64,000 bases of DNA from an uncultured Chlorobiota bacterium. Its GTDB lineage: Bacteria > Bacteroidota > Bacteroidia > Bacteroidales > JAADGE01. Position numbers and translations under genes: made by a program. The stretch is from NCBI GenBank assembly GCA_947311255.1, contig CAMZKL010000022.1, positions 80,225 to 144,224 of the forward strand, written 5' to 3'. The notes under the pieces are model-generated. The model worked only from the letters and a program-made list of their open reading frames with translations. It was not told the origin of the DNA and searched no databases. This document shows, piece after piece, positions 50,386 through 60,747 of this stretch (position 1 is its first letter; each line of letters begins with the position of its first letter).

Positions 50386-50449
50386 AATTTATATTTTTTT
50401 TAACATTTTTAAATAAGATATTCCTTTTACTTTATGTTTTAAAAGTTTT

Positions 50450-50457
50450 CAAAAGTA
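50450..50457 (-). promoter_or_regulatory. -7 box TACTTTTG for the oxidoreductase operon
   Basis: Exact TAnnTTTG match on the minus strand, 65 nt upstream of ATG 50385. Confidence 0.45.
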
Positions 50458-50753
50458 ATAAATTTTAGTTAATTTACCGTAAAAATTATATGTTTTTGTT
50501 TAAAAAAAATCTTTGCCGTCTGTCTAATTTTTAAATTTACCAACAAGGATAAATAATGTTTAACTAAAATATTGAAAATCAACAAATTAAAAATGACTCA
50601 AGTCGTTTTTTTGGCATCTTACTTTAATTAGCACCCGGCTTATGTAGGGACTTATAAATAGCACTATTTATGAGAGTTTTAATCTGTTTTTTATATCTTT
50701 TCGAAGAGCAATAAAAATACGATATTTCTATGCTTAATGTCTAAGGATTTAAA

Positions 50754-50796
50754 GCAAACTAATACTTATAATAAAATTATCAAAGTATGAGTTTGC
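50754..50796. other. long perfect-like hairpin / inverted repeat (14-nt arms, 15-nt loop)
   Basis: GCAAACTAATACTT (50754-50767) pairs with AAGTATGAGTTTGC (50783-50796) at 13 of 14 positions. It lies 58 nt upstream of the GNAT-like gene. Confidence 0.6.
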
Positions 50797-50853
50797 CCTG
50801 TGGGTTCGTAACATTTTTTGGTAGTATTCAACAAAATTATTATAATTGTGAGT

Positions 50854-52023
50854 ATGAAAATAAAAGAGGTTTCTGATAATTTTTCAATAAAAGAATTTCA
50901 CAAAGTTCCAAGAATTATATACAAAGATGATTCAAATTGGATTCCTCACATTGAAAGTGATATTGAAAAAAAATTTCATACAGAATTTAACACAAATTTT
51001 GACGGATTAAATGCAAAACGGTGGGTGCTATATGACAACTCCGAGAATTTAATTGGAAGAATTGCTGCATGGATTCATCCTAAATATTTTAAAAAATACA
51101 AACAAGTAACGGGAGGAATTGGATATTTTGAATGCATAAATAATCAGGAAGCAGCAAATATATTGTTTGATACATCAAAGATTTGGTTTCATAAAAACAA
51201 AGTTGAAGCAATGGATGGGCCAATAAATTTTGGTGAACGTGATCAATTTTGGGGTTTGCTAGTAAAAAACTTTACAGCACCAAATACTTATGCAATGAAT
51301 TATAATCCGGAATACTATATTAAACTATTTGAGACATATGGGTTCAAGGTTTTTTACAATCAATTTATGTATCAAAGATTAGTTAACGACCCTATTCCAG
51401 ATGTTTTAGTTAATAAATCGGAAGATTTAAGAAACGACCCTAAATTTGAGTGCAAAAATATTAGAGGGATGAAGTTGAAACAAGTTGCACAGAATTTTAT
51501 TGATGTTTATAATGATGGTTGGGGGCATACAAGAGACAACTTCAAAAAAATGGAACTTTCTTTTGCAGAAAAACTTTTAAATTCTATGAAAACAGTTATT
51601 GACCCTGACATTATATTTTTCGCATATTATGATAACAGACCAATTGGAATGTTTATAAATATTCCTGAATTAAATCAGATTTTTAAATATGTTAACGGAA
51701 AAATGAACTTAATTGGCAAGTTAATTTTTTTGTGGAAGAAAAAATTTAGTCCTCCAAACACAATGTACGGGTTGGTTTTTGGTGTTGCTCATGATTTTCA
51801 TGGAAAGGGGGTTGAAGGTGCAATGATAAAATTAGCAGGAGAAATGCTTGTTCCGATGGACAAATATAGAGATACAATTTTAACTTGGATTGGTGATTTT
51901 AATCCGAAAATGATGAAAGTTTGTGAAAATTTAGGAACAAATTTATACAGACAATTTTCTACTTACAGATATTTGTTTGATAGAGAAAAAACTTTTGAAC
52001 GAGCAAGTCTCAAGGAGTCGTAG
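50854..52023 (+). CDS. uncharacterised ~390-aa GNAT-like N-acetyltransferase family protein
   Basis: MKIKEV...FHKVPRIIYKDDSNWIPHI...IGRIAAWI...GYFECI...MDGPINFGERD resembles a Bacteroidota GNAT-like family from memory. ATG 50854 preferred over 50818. Confidence 0.5.
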   Translation: MKIKEVSDNFSIKEFHKVPRIIYKDDSNWIPHIESDIEKKFHTEFNTNFDGLNAKRWVLYDNSENLIGRIAAWIHPKYFKKYKQVTGGIGYFECINNQEAANILFDTSKIWFHKNKVEAMDGPINFGERDQFWGLLVKNFTAPNTYAMNYNPEYYIKLFETYGFKVFYNQFMYQRLVNDPIPDVLVNKSEDLRNDPKFECKNIRGMKLKQVAQNFIDVYNDGWGHTRDNFKKMELSFAEKLLNSMKTVIDPDIIFFAYYDNRPIGMFINIPELNQIFKYVNGKMNLIGKLIFLWKKKFSPPNTMYGLVFGVAHDFHGKGVEGAMIKLAGEMLVPMDKYRDTILTWIGDFNPKMMKVCENLGTNLYRQFSTYRYLFDREKTFERASLKES

Positions 52024-52076
52024 GAACTAGAATTTTGCTAACTCTTAAAGCATTAGTAAATCTAAATATTAAAAAT

Positions 52077-53216
52077 ATGATAATCTTAATACTTTTTTAT
52101 TTACTCTTTCCAGCATTTATTTTATTTATTACACATAAGTTTTCGGCAATGAATAAAATTGGAGCAGTTTTAATTGCTTACTTTTTTGGACTTGTTATTG
52201 GTAATAGTGGGATTATGCCTGAGGGGGTAAAAGAAGTTCAAGAAAAGTTTTCTGAAATATCTGTTTTACTTGCAATTCCTCTTTTATTATTTTCAACAAA
52301 TGTGAGGCAATGGTTAAAAATTGCTGGAAAAACAATGTTGTCAGGATTATTAGTTGCAATTGCTGTTATAATAACTGTTGTTTCCGGGTTTTATATTTTC
52401 ATGGGAGATGTTGCAGATGGATGGCAAGTTGCAGGTTTACTTACAGGAGTATATACAGGAGGAACACCAAATATGGCAGCAATAAAAACAGCTTTAAATG
52501 TAGATTCTGACCTTTTTATAATTACTCACACATATGATATGCTGGTTTGTACAGTTTTTATAATTTTAGCATTATCTGTTTTTAAAAAATTTGGCTTACT
52601 ATTTCTGCCAAAATTCAAATCTAATTTTAAGACAGATAATATAAAACAGGATAAAATAATTGCTGAATTAGAATCTTTTGATAATATTTTAACTAAGAAA
52701 AACACACCTAATATACTGAAAGGAATTGGACTTTCAATTCTCATTGTTGCAACAGGCGGAGGAATAAGTATGTTAGTTCCAAAAGATTTTTCAACTGTTG
52801 TTGCTATTTTAACAATTACAAGTTTGGGAATATTACTTGCATTAGTTCCAAAAATAAATAAAATCCCTAAAACTTTTCATATTGGTATATATTTTATTCT
52901 TATTTTTAGTTTAGTTGTTGCTTCAATGGGAGATTTAACAACTATAAGCAATATTTCTCCTAAGATATTTTTATATGTTATATATGTAGTTTTTGGAATT
53001 ACATTTTTAACTTTTTTATTTTCTGCAATATTCAAAATTGATGTTGACACAACTATTATAACAATGACTTCTTTAATATTTTCGCCACCTTTTGTTCCTG
53101 TTGTTGCTGCAAAGTTAAAAAACAAGGAAATAATAATTTCTGGGCTCACTATTGGAATTATTGGTTATGCTTTGGGAAATTATTTGGGAATTATGATTGC
53201 TTATGCCTTAAAATAA
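52077..53216 (+). CDS. multi-pass membrane protein (DUF819/YjcL-like, tentative)
   Basis: About 10-11 TM helices. The GVYTGGTPNMAAI motif recalls DUF819. ATG 52077 preferred over TTG 52035. Confidence 0.45.
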   Translation: MIILILFYLLFPAFILFITHKFSAMNKIGAVLIAYFFGLVIGNSGIMPEGVKEVQEKFSEISVLLAIPLLLFSTNVRQWLKIAGKTMLSGLLVAIAVIITVVSGFYIFMGDVADGWQVAGLLTGVYTGGTPNMAAIKTALNVDSDLFIITHTYDMLVCTVFIILALSVFKKFGLLFLPKFKSNFKTDNIKQDKIIAELESFDNILTKKNTPNILKGIGLSILIVATGGGISMLVPKDFSTVVAILTITSLGILLALVPKINKIPKTFHIGIYFILIFSLVVASMGDLTTISNISPKIFLYVIYVVFGITFLTFLFSAIFKIDVDTTIITMTSLIFSPPFVPVVAAKLKNKEIIISGLTIGIIGYALGNYLGIMIAYALK

Positions 53217-53217
53217 G

Positions 53218-54738
53218 TTAATAAACAAGTGAAACATATCCTTTTTTTGATATTTTTTTTCCTTTTGAATTTGTATAATTTATAAAATAAAGATAAGAAG
53301 CTCTTGGTGCAAGTTTTCCACTGCGTAGCTTTCCGTTCCATCCATAATTAGGATTATTTGTTTTAAAAATAACATTTCCGAAGTTTCCGTATATTGTTAG
53401 CTCATAGTTGGAAATAAAAGCAATTTTTGGTTTAAAAGTTCTATTTTCTTCAATTCTACTATTTGGGTTGAAGGCATTTGCCAAAAAAATTGTTTCATCA
53501 TATATTACACAATCTGTATTTGACAGGTTTTTTAAGTTTTCGTTTTCAGAAACTAAATAATAACAAAATACTCCTTCGGTAGTTTTTTCGAACTGATTTT
53601 CATATTCATTTTGAATATTGTCCGAATAAGATAATCCATATATTGAATTAATTATAGAACAATTTGCTTTATCTTTTTCACATCTTACAATTAAATATTC
53701 AGTATTTAGATTTCCTTGCCATTCGAGATTATTTATTTTTTGATTTCCAACTTCTTTTTTAACATCCAAAACAATATTGCTAACAATATTAGATTTTATT
53801 ATTTCATCTCCACAATAATCAATGGCTGATAAATAGTAATAGTTTCTTTTTTTGTTATAATCATCTGTAAAAGTTGCTGAAATTAAATTATCTTTATTAT
53901 TAATACCAGCTATTGAATCATAAACTTCATTAATATCAGACGATTTATATAGGATGTATCTTTTTGTATCTGAATCAGCATCAACACTATACCAAAGATT
54001 AATTTTGTTGTTAACTATTAGTGAGTCAGTTTTTAAAAAACTTGGTCTATCAATATCTTGCGTATAAACAGTCTGAATATTTGAAACAGATTCTGTTCCG
54101 GAATTTTTTATTGCTTTTATATAGTATTTATAATTTTTATTATAATCAACATTTAAATGAGTAAATGTTGTGTCATTGTAATTAGTGTTTCCTATTTTAA
54201 TGTATCCTGAAATAAAATCATAAGCAAATATTTCGTAAGAACTAAAGTTTCCCTCCCATGCTGAGTAATTATTCCAAATAAGCCTGTTTGCTTTTTTGCA
54301 AAAATCATATTGGGCTTCTAAAAAAATTGTTTCATGAATTTCACTAATAGAGCTTTTAAGTGTGTCGTTTCCTGTTATTTTGAATGCTCTAATAATATAC
54401 TTTTCCTTCCTAATATTGGGCATTGCTTCACAAACAAACGAGTTATCTTCATATATTGTTTGGCTTGAATTATCAATTATTTTTATATTATGCCAATTTG
54501 AGCTATAACCGGGACAAGAATATATTTTTCTTTTAATTATATATCCTGAAATTAAGGCAGTATTATTTACAGACCATTTTATAACAGGTTTTCCTGTTAA
54601 ATGGTTCACTGTTACATATTCAACATAAGGAACTTCAACAATCTGCGAATTTGCAGTTAATATACTAGCAGATAAGATAAATAATATAAGGGCTTTTTTT
54701 TTCAGTTTGTTTAGTTTAAGTACTTTTCTAATAAACAA
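53218..54738 (-). CDS. T9SS type B sorting domain (gliding-motility-associated C-terminal domain) protein
   Basis: Signal peptide and Fn3/Ig-like repeats. The C-terminus FLANAFNPNS...YELTIYGNFGNVIF...WNGKL...YLYFINY...GYVSLVY fits the type B CTD. Confidence 0.8.
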   Translation of the reverse strand: MFIRKVLKLNKLKKKALILFILSASILTANSQIVEVPYVEYVTVNHLTGKPVIKWSVNNTALISGYIIKRKIYSCPGYSSNWHNIKIIDNSSQTIYEDNSFVCEAMPNIRKEKYIIRAFKITGNDTLKSSISEIHETIFLEAQYDFCKKANRLIWNNYSAWEGNFSSYEIFAYDFISGYIKIGNTNYNDTTFTHLNVDYNKNYKYYIKAIKNSGTESVSNIQTVYTQDIDRPSFLKTDSLIVNNKINLWYSVDADSDTKRYILYKSSDINEVYDSIAGINNKDNLISATFTDDYNKKRNYYYLSAIDYCGDEIIKSNIVSNIVLDVKKEVGNQKINNLEWQGNLNTEYLIVRCEKDKANCSIINSIYGLSYSDNIQNEYENQFEKTTEGVFCYYLVSENENLKNLSNTDCVIYDETIFLANAFNPNSRIEENRTFKPKIAFISNYELTIYGNFGNVIFKTNNPNYGWNGKLRSGKLAPRASYLYFINYTNSKGKKISKKGYVSLVY

Positions 54739-54775
54739 AAAGAAAGCTGTTTTTATTTTATAAGAACAAAAAAAA

Positions 54776-55207
54776 TTATAATAATGAATCTATCAAATCG
54801 TCTGAATCATCAAGTTCTTCCTCTTCATCCTCTTCATATGGAACCAATTCAAAATTAACTTCCAACATACTCTCAAAATCTTCTCCTGTTTCTTCTAAAT
54901 CTTCATCGTCTTCGGGATAAAACCATCTAATTAACACCTCATTACCATCTTCATATATTTCTTCTAGCCTCATCATAATCATCATTAATATTTTAGATGA
55001 AACTGTATTAAAATAAGTTAATTTAAAATCAAAAACAGTTTTTTCTAATGGGTTTTGTGAATATTCATCGAGCCACTCAAAAACAGGGTTATAAAATTCA
55101 ATAGCATCCTCAGGACAAGTTTTTCCAAATATTTCAAACTTTCCAGATTCTTTGTCAAGTATAATACCTGGCAAATATCCTTGTTCTTCATAGGTTAAGA
55201 TGTTCAT
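54776..55207 (-). CDS. DUF1987/SiaC-family protein with acidic C-terminal tail
   Basis: LPGIILDKESGKFEIFGKTCPEDAIEFYNPVFEWLDEY, LTYFNTVSSK and IRWFYPEDDEDLEETGEDF. It has an extra tail, PYEEDEEEELDDSDDLIDSLL. Confidence 0.85.
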   Translation of the reverse strand: MNILTYEEQGYLPGIILDKESGKFEIFGKTCPEDAIEFYNPVFEWLDEYSQNPLEKTVFDFKLTYFNTVSSKILMMIMMRLEEIYEDGNEVLIRWFYPEDDEDLEETGEDFESMLEVNFELVPYEEDEEEELDDSDDLIDSLL

Positions 55208-55335
55208 ATCAGATATTTAATTAATTTTCACAATTAACAAAGGTGCTTATAACTTGTTATGGAATAACAAAATTAAAAATTAAATTAAACTTTGCAAATA
55301 TGATTATTATTTTATTTATAAAGTGTTTTTAACTA

Positions 55336-57621
55336 TCATCTATATCTATTTGAAGGATTTTGTGAATCTACAACTGCAATTGCAACCATATTAACTATTT
55401 CAGTAACTGATGAGCCAAGCTGAACAATATGGATAGGTCTTTTTGTTCCACACAAAATAGGTCCGAGAACATCGGTTTCTCCAATTTCTTGCATCATCTT
55501 GTAAGCTATATTTCCTGCTGCCAAATTTGGAAATATTAAAGTATTTACATCTTTTCCTTTTATTTTTGAGAAAGGAAAATATTCGTCTCTTAATTTTGTA
55601 TTTAATGCAAAATTTGCTTGCATCTCACCGTCAACCATAATTTCAGGATGTTCTTTATGTAAAACTTTAACAGCTTTTTTAACAATTGTAGGGCTTGGAG
55701 TTTTTGAAGACCCAAAATTTGAATAGGAAAGCATTGCAACAACCGGTTCTTCGCCCAACCATTTTATTGTTCTTGTAACAGTAAGAGTTGTATCTATAAG
55801 CACCTTACAATCTGGATCTTCATTTACAGTAGTATCTGCAAAAAACAATGATTTTTGTTTTGTTTTCACAACATACATTCCTGCTATATGGTCAATTTCA
55901 TCAGAACATTTTATTACTTCTAAAATTGGAGAAAGAGCTTCTGAATATTTAGTATCGTAACCTGTAATAAACGCATCAGCTTCTCCATGCTCAACCATCA
56001 TTGAACCAAAATAGTTTCTATTAAACATTTTTAAATTTGCATCTCTCAACCTAACTCCTTCTCTATTTATTTTTTCATAAAAGAATTTTGCATATTTCTG
56101 TCTTCTGTTTTTTTCTTCGGGCGAATATGGGTCAATAATTACGGCACTTTCAAGCAAATCATTCAGTTTATACTCTGAAATAACATTTAATATTTTTTCT
56201 TTTTGACCAAGTAAAATAGGCTCTGCAAAACCTTCGTGCATTGCAACTTCGGCTGCCCTAAGAACATTGTAGTTTTCAGCATCTGCAAATATTACTTTTT
56301 TAGGATTTAGTTTTGCTTGAACAAAAATACGTCTGATTAATTTATTTCCTGAGCCAATTCTTTCAAGAAGTTCTTCTTGGTATTTTTCAAAGTCTTCAAT
56401 AGGTCGTTTTGCAACACCTGAATCCATTGCAGCTTTTGCTACTGCAATTGAAACCCTTGTTATTAACCTAGGGTCTAGTGGTTTAGGAATAAAATAATCT
56501 CTGCCAAAAACAAGATGTTTTGTATTATAAGCATTACTTACTTCTTCCGGAACATCTTCTCTTGCTAAACCAGCAATTGCGTGAACAGCAGCAATCTTCA
56601 TTTTTTCATTTATAGCTGTTGCTCTTACATCTAGTGCTCCTCTGAAAATAAAGGGAAATCCAAGAACATTATTAACCTGATTTGGGTAATCTGATCGACC
56701 TGTTGCTATTAAAACATCTTCTCTGGCATCTTTTGCATCTTCATAAGTAATTTCAGGATCTGGGTTTGCCATAGCAAATACAATTGGATTTTCAGCCATT
56801 GATTTAATCATATCCTTGTTTACTATTCCTTTTACAGAAAGTCCTAAAAACAAGTCTGCTCCATTAATTGCTTGTTCTAGAGTTTTTATTTTTCTGCTTG
56901 TTACAAAATCTTTTTTATATTTATTTATATCTTTTCTTTCTTTATTAATAACACCTTTGCTGTCGCACATAACAACATTTTTTTTCTCAACCCCCAAAGA
57001 CATTATTAATCTTGTGCAAGCCATTGCAGATGCCCCTGCTCCACTAACAACCATTTTAATATCTTTTAGCTTCTTTTTTGCAAATGTTACTGCATTTACG
57101 ACTCCTGCTGCTGAAATAATTGCTGTTCCATGCTGGTCATCGTGCATTACGGGAATATCAAGTTCTTCTTTTAATCTTCTTTCAATTTCAAAGCATTCAG
57201 GAGATTTAATATCTTCAAGATTAATTCCTCCAAATGTGGGAGACATAATTTTTACGGTTTCAACAAACTTATCTATATCTGTTGTATCTAACTCAATATC
57301 AAACACATCAATATCGGAAAAGATTTTAAAAAGCAAACCTTTTCCTTCCATTACAGGTTTCCCTGCAACTGCTCCGAGATTTCCGAGACCTAAAACAGCT
57401 GTACCGTTTGAAATAACTGCGACAAGATTTCCTTTTGCCGTATATTTGTATGCATCTTCCGGATTTTTTTCAATTTCTAAACATGGGTCTGCAACTCCGG
57501 GAGAGTATGCAAGTGCTAAATCTCTTTGGGTCGAATGTGGTGTTGTTGGAACTACTTCAATTTTTCCGGGTCTTTTATCGGAATGGTATTTTAATGCGTC
57601 TTCTTTTGTAATTTTTGCCAT
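55336..57621 (-). CDS. maeB: NADP-dependent malic enzyme (malic enzyme + phosphotransacetylase-like domain)
   Basis: 761 aa. N-terminal malic enzyme motifs (LALAYSPGVA, VISNGTAVLGLGN, FGGINLEDI, GAGASA) and a C-terminal PTA-like domain. Confidence 0.95.
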   Translation of the reverse strand: MAKITKEDALKYHSDKRPGKIEVVPTTPHSTQRDLALAYSPGVADPCLEIEKNPEDAYKYTAKGNLVAVISNGTAVLGLGNLGAVAGKPVMEGKGLLFKIFSDIDVFDIELDTTDIDKFVETVKIMSPTFGGINLEDIKSPECFEIERRLKEELDIPVMHDDQHGTAIISAAGVVNAVTFAKKKLKDIKMVVSGAGASAMACTRLIMSLGVEKKNVVMCDSKGVINKERKDINKYKKDFVTSRKIKTLEQAINGADLFLGLSVKGIVNKDMIKSMAENPIVFAMANPDPEITYEDAKDAREDVLIATGRSDYPNQVNNVLGFPFIFRGALDVRATAINEKMKIAAVHAIAGLAREDVPEEVSNAYNTKHLVFGRDYFIPKPLDPRLITRVSIAVAKAAMDSGVAKRPIEDFEKYQEELLERIGSGNKLIRRIFVQAKLNPKKVIFADAENYNVLRAAEVAMHEGFAEPILLGQKEKILNVISEYKLNDLLESAVIIDPYSPEEKNRRQKYAKFFYEKINREGVRLRDANLKMFNRNYFGSMMVEHGEADAFITGYDTKYSEALSPILEVIKCSDEIDHIAGMYVVKTKQKSLFFADTTVNEDPDCKVLIDTTLTVTRTIKWLGEEPVVAMLSYSNFGSSKTPSPTIVKKAVKVLHKEHPEIMVDGEMQANFALNTKLRDEYFPFSKIKGKDVNTLIFPNLAAGNIAYKMMQEIGETDVLGPILCGTKRPIHIVQLGSSVTEIVNMVAIAVVDSQNPSNRYR

Positions 57622-57642
57622 AGCTTAATTATTTAAAAAAAA

Positions 57643-57650
57643 CAAAGATA
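57643..57650 (-). promoter_or_regulatory. -7 box TATCTTTG for maeB
   Basis: Exact TAnnTTTG match on the minus strand, 22 nt upstream of ATG 57621. Confidence 0.45.
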
Positions 57651-57784
57651 AGACATTTAGAAATCATATTTAGTTTTTTGTATATGTTTGTTGGCAGTTT
57701 TTTTTAACAAAAAAAATACATTCAATAAATATTATATTAAAATATTGACTTTTTTAACGGATTCAATTTTATTATCAATAAATC

Positions 57785-59668
57785 CTACATAAGATGTGTA
57801 TGAATAACTTTTCCTGTTTGCCAACGCTCTCCATTCTGATATTGAATAAAATATATACCTGCTGGAAATTTTGATAAACTAATATTGAATTTTTTCTTGT
57901 TTTTAATATCAAATTTTTGCAAAATTTTGCCGGAAATATCCGCCAGAAACATCTCTTTCATATCTCCGGTTATTTCAATATTTAAAATGTCAGAAGTTGG
58001 GTTAGGATAGTATTTAACTTTCCCTATTTCTGGTTTTATAATAATATTAATTTTCTTAGTTGTATCAATTTCTGTGGAATCTTGAATTACAATATTATCA
58101 GCAATAAATGAAGTGTCTTGAATTTCTTCTTCATTATAAACTATTTCTTCTTTACAATCAGGAATTGTTAGGTATTGCTTAATTAAACGGATAAAAACAT
58201 CATTTAAAAGTTCCACTTGAAATTCATCTGTTGTAGGTTTTATATGAGCGTTTCCTATTCCACTGTCGTCTGTTAAAAAAACGTATGTTCCGTTTGTGGC
58301 AAGAGCAATTGAACGCATTAAATATTCTGTGCTTTTATTAATACCGCTGGCTGTAACCGGAACTATTCTAATACCTTTCTCAGAGGCTTTTTTTGAGAGT
58401 TCCTGCATATTTTTCACACTTGAAGAATCGTTGTGGGGTGGAGCATCAAGTATTAAAAAAATAACTTTTGCAAGTGCATTATTACTCCAAGAGAGTTCAT
58501 TAATTGCCTCGTTTAAACCAGCATCAACTGCTTCTGGAAAGTCCCCTCCTCCACCAGGTGATTGTTTATTTATAAAATCAATTGTTGTTTTTACATCTTC
58601 CGAAAAATCTGATTTTCTTACTAAATACGCATCAGACTTATCTCTATAAAAAACACTTGCAGAATTTACGGTTAAATCTGTATGTTGTTTTTTAATTTTA
58701 TTTAAAACATCTTGTAATTCAGCCTTTAAATATGAAATTTCGTCTCCCATTGAACCTGTTGCATCAACAACAAAGGCTATATTAGCAATTTCGGGGATGT
58801 TACAATCTGCCGGAATACTCATAAAATTAATACCGTCTTGAAATTTATGAGGTTTTGATAGTTTATAAGATTTCTTATTGTCAATAATGTTTATAAAAAG
58901 GTCTTTTTGCTTATATTTCCCTCCGAAGATATTTGCCCAAAGCTCTGCTTTCCCTGTATTATCTGTTGTTGATGCCCAAATTGTTTCTCCTGATTTTGTT
59001 TTTAGCAATACTTTTGCATTAACAATGGGTTTGTTTGAATAATTTGTAAGTTGTACACAATAACGTTCTTGTGGCTTCATTTTCCATGTTGATTTGTAAG
59101 TTTTTAACTTATTTTCAGAAATATCTTTCCATAGTTCCCATTTCCCAAAATCATTTAATTCTCCGGCAGTTAACATACCACTTTTTATATCTTTGTTTGT
59201 TATTTCTGAATCACTAAGTTCATCTGATGATATTATATCGTATTCTACACTTTCTGTTGCATAACTAATAGGCTTTTTTCCTCTAATTTTTGAATGGCTT
59301 TTCGGGTAACTAGCAATTCCTCTTAAACTTATTTTTTTGCGGGTTCCTATAGATGTAACAACAATTTCATCTAAATCATCTATTGTTGGCTTCATAATTA
59401 CATTTACCGTGTTTCCTTTTATTTGTTTTTCGATTGTTTCCATTCCAATGTATGAGAAAATGAGAAATTTCACATCTTCTGTTATCTCAATTGAATAAGT
59501 TCCATTACTTAATGTTATTGTTCCTATTTTAGTTCCTTTTGCAATTATAGAAACTCCTGGTAGCAAATCTCCTTCGTCATCGGTTACAGTTCCTGTTATT
59601 GTTTTTTGAGAAAAAATAAGTTCTGAGATAAAAATTAGAAAAGTTAAGATAAAAAGTATTCGTTTCAT
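57785..59668 (-). CDS. secreted vWA-domain protein with N-terminal CarboxypepD_reg-like domain and T9SS type A CTD
   Basis: ITGTVTDDEGDLLPGVSIIAKGT (CarboxypepD_reg-like), FVVDATGSMGDE (MIDAS-type vWA), and a C-terminal KYYPNPTSDILNIEI...AGIYFIQY CTD. Confidence 0.8.
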   Translation of the reverse strand: MKRILFILTFLIFISELIFSQKTITGTVTDDEGDLLPGVSIIAKGTKIGTITLSNGTYSIEITEDVKFLIFSYIGMETIEKQIKGNTVNVIMKPTIDDLDEIVVTSIGTRKKISLRGIASYPKSHSKIRGKKPISYATESVEYDIISSDELSDSEITNKDIKSGMLTAGELNDFGKWELWKDISENKLKTYKSTWKMKPQERYCVQLTNYSNKPIVNAKVLLKTKSGETIWASTTDNTGKAELWANIFGGKYKQKDLFINIIDNKKSYKLSKPHKFQDGINFMSIPADCNIPEIANIAFVVDATGSMGDEISYLKAELQDVLNKIKKQHTDLTVNSASVFYRDKSDAYLVRKSDFSEDVKTTIDFINKQSPGGGGDFPEAVDAGLNEAINELSWSNNALAKVIFLILDAPPHNDSSSVKNMQELSKKASEKGIRIVPVTASGINKSTEYLMRSIALATNGTYVFLTDDSGIGNAHIKPTTDEFQVELLNDVFIRLIKQYLTIPDCKEEIVYNEEEIQDTSFIADNIVIQDSTEIDTTKKINIIIKPEIGKVKYYPNPTSDILNIEITGDMKEMFLADISGKILQKFDIKNKKKFNISLSKFPAGIYFIQYQNGERWQTGKVIHTHLM

Positions 59669-59770
59669 AGTTATTGTTTTAAAAGTCTTTTATTTATTAG
59701 ATTAGATTGTTAACAAATTTCCATAAACTTGTTTTTTAGTATGACAATTCTTTTTTGATTATCCCTCAAA

Positions 59771-59803
59771 ATAAAAAAAAAAAGCTGTCTAATTAAGACA
59801 GCT
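59771..59803 (-). terminator. rho-independent terminator after rpoD
   Basis: AGCTGTCT-loop-AGACAGCT hairpin (59783-59802) with a long T-run on the minus strand (A-run 59771-59782 on plus). Confidence 0.8.
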
Positions 59804-59831
59804 TTTTAAAAAAATGCAATATATTTATACT

Positions 59832-60692
59832 TTATCCAAGATATTTTTTCAAAGGATTACTTCTTGAAGTGGTTCTCAACCTTTTTATAGCTTTTTCTCT
59901 AATTTGTCGAACTCTTTCTCTTGTTAAACCGAACTGTTGTCCAATTTCTTCTAATGACATTTCCTCCACACCAATTCCATAAGAAAGTTGTAAAATTTTA
60001 CTTTCTCTTTCATCAAGTGTTGCAAAAACTCTGTGTATTTCTTTTCTTAAGGACTCATGTATTAGAGCTTTATCTGCGATTGGAGAGTCTCCATCAGACA
60101 AAACATCTAAAAGACTGTTGTCTTCACCTTCTTGAAAAGGTGCATCAACAGAAACATGTCTTCCAGAAACTTTCATTGTAGCTTTTACTTTTGCTTTTGA
60201 TATTTCTAAAATTTCAGATAATTCATCAATTGATGGTTTTCTTTGGTTTTTTTGTTCAAATTCAGCAACGGCTTTTCTATATTTACTTAAAGAACTAACT
60301 TGATTTAAAGGTAGTCTAACAATTCTTGATTGTTCATTAATTGCTTGCATGATTGATTGGCGAATCCACCAAACAGCATAAGAAATAAATTTAAAACCTC
60401 TTGTTTCATCAAACTTTTCAGCAGCTTTAATTAAACCTAAGTTTCCTTCATTAATTAAATCGGGCAAACTAAGTCCTTGATTTTGATATTGTTTAGCAAC
60501 TGAAACTACAAAACGTAAATTTGCACTTGCAAGTTTCTCAATTGCTAATTGGTCTCCTTTTTTTATTCTTTGTGCTAATTCAACTTCTTCTTCAACACTA
60601 ATAAGGTCATATCTTCCAATTTCTTGTAAATATTTATCAAGTGATGCACTCTCTCGATTTGTAATCGACTTCGTAATCTTTAACTGTCTCAT
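59832..60692 (-). CDS. rpoD: primary RNA polymerase sigma factor (Bacteroidota short RpoD/SigA type)
   Basis: 286 aa. Region 2 ([30 protein letters not shown]) and region 4 ([25 protein letters not shown]). Confidence 0.93.
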   Translation of the reverse strand: MRQLKITKSITNRESASLDKYLQEIGRYDLISVEEEVELAQRIKKGDQLAIEKLASANLRFVVSVAKQYQNQGLSLPDLINEGNLGLIKAAEKFDETRGFKFISYAVWWIRQSIMQAINEQSRIVRLPLNQVSSLSKYRKAVAEFEQKNQRKPSIDELSEILEISKAKVKATMKVSGRHVSVDAPFQEGEDNSLLDVLSDGDSPIADKALIHESLRKEIHRVFATLDERESKILQLSYGIGVEEMSLEEIGQQFGLTRERVRQIREKAIKRLRTTSRSNPLKKYLG

Positions 60693-60747
60693 ATATTGGA
60701 ATTTACTATTAGAAAAATAAAAAATCTCCCTCTTCTTAAAAGGTGTG

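Noticed and set aside
56816-57628. 270-aa plus-strand ORF
   Set aside because: It lies entirely antisense within maeB. Its product is Ser/Ile/Phe-rich and low-complexity, as expected for the mirror frame of an AT-rich gene. It is a shadow ORF.
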